A stretch of DNA of 63,944 nucleotides, filler included, from Vicugna vicugna (taxonomy: Eukaryota), in the NCBI GenBank assembly GCA_013265495.1. It is 80 parts of 79 records of this genome, joined end to end, with 100 filler letters (N's around TTAATTAATTAA, not from the genome) between each part and the next. Parts side by side here need not be neighbours in the genome. Positions count along the whole stretch, not along the records: positions 63,057 to 63,520 come from PNXW01025086.1; positions 63,621 to 63,944 come from PNXW01025128.1; 78 more parts are not named here. One strand, 5' to 3'. Below, piece after piece: positions 63,057 through 63,944 of this stretch. The notes under the pieces are model-generated. The model did no database searches and had not been told where the DNA came from. It saw only the letters and a list, made by a program, of their open reading frames with translations. Numbering within the stretch: the stretch's first letter is position 1; each line of letters opens with the position of its first letter. Made by a program: the position numbers and the translations under genes.

Positions 63057-63520
63057 TGTTTCCCTGGTCCAGGATGTGAGGGAAAGCTGGGGGTTGGGCT
63101 TTGAGGCCAATTATCATTGAGTGCCCCCTGATCCATTGAGGAAGTACTTAGAAGACTTCTCCCTAAAGGGAACACCTTTGCCCCCACGCATCTGGGTGGA
63201 GTGGGGATGCACAACTCCCCCACACACAAGAATGTGTACCGGAATCCTGAGTGCAGGGAAGTTTCTCCAACTGACTGCAGCGCCTGGGTTCTAATTGAAT
63301 CCCTGTGCTTGTCTTCCCTGATGGTTTGCCTAGGCGGAAGTGCGGGGAAAGGTTTGGGCTCCAAAACCAAGTATTTGCGAGTACCTCTCTATGGTTAGCG
63401 GAGGTGTTTAAACTACATCCCTAACCTGGGAACACCTGTGGCCCATTATAGATGCGTGGAGTCTGTTTCCAGACATCCAGCACACACACGAACCCTTGCA
63501 CAGTGATCCTGAGAGTGGGC
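63057..63520 (-). repeat. Diverged ~266-bp satellite (family B)
   Basis: caactgactgcagcgcctgggttctaat core. Colinear with 32753-33328. Confidence 0.9.
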
Positions 63521-63689
63521 NNNNNNNNNNNNNNNNNNNNNNNNNNNNNNNNNNNNNNNNNNNNTTAATTAATTAANNNNNNNNNNNNNNNNNNNNNNNN
63601 NNNNNNNNNNNNNNNNNNNNAAAGTACAAGTTACAAAGTGAGTATTTACAAACCGATTCTGCCTTTCTATGTGTCAGTTTTAACATTTA

Positions 63690-63944
63690 CAAAATATAAT
63701 AGCAAAAAATTCTCACTTACAAAATTAACAAAAACATCAACAATAATCTGGAATACACCCAAAAACAATGCCCATGTTGTACATGGAGAAAGTACAGGAC
63801 TGTACTGCGGGGTAAAGAAAGATGTGTGAATTTAGAGACATCAACATATTTTATGGAGGAAAGCAGTTTTGTAAAGATGTACGTTCTCCTAAAGATAATT
63901 CAAAACTTACTAAAATATCCTATGATAACCCTTATCCTTTTTTT
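63690..63944 (+). mobile_element. Highly degenerate L1 ORF2 fragment
   Basis: A-rich sequence with aaagaaagat...agagacatc...tttgtaaagatgtacgttctcctaaa, resembling old L1M ORF2. Confidence 0.5.

Noticed and set aside
451..63576. Regularly recurring identical TTAATTAATTAA separated by unique sequence, superficially CRISPR-like
   Set aside because: It is always embedded in a fixed run of Ns, so it is a synthetic assembly linker. There are no cas genes and the DNA is mammalian.

Overview
This is not a contiguous locus. The window is a concatenation of about 80 short (about 0.2-1.5 kb) unplaced mammalian scaffolds, each joined by an artificial 100-bp spacer (44 N + TTAATTAATTAA + 44 N, stops in all six frames). 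Vic-1-like tRNA-derived SINEs point to a camelid. About 40% of the scaffolds are satellite DNA from five families: a homogeneous CpG-rich 266-267 bp repeat, an older diverged ~266 bp relative with higher-order structure, an AT-rich heptamer (AGAATAT) repeat, a palindrome-rich 245-248 bp repeat, and a 248-249 bp repeat homologous to it. The rest holds L1, L2, MIR, MaLR and ERV fragments, two pairs of duplicated segments, and four recognisable gene pieces: a frameshifted TRAPPC9 exon, a truncated TRAV20-like gene, the first coding exon of DCTN1, and an HSFY pseudogene. I cannot support a new multi-gene system, because adjacency across spacers is meaningless. The best leads are the satellite relationships, the 89-codon stop-free frame of the 267-bp monomer, and a weakly Ty3/gypsy Gag-like reading frame next to a repeated unknown segment. 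All gene and repeat names come from recall of known sequences, not from database searches.
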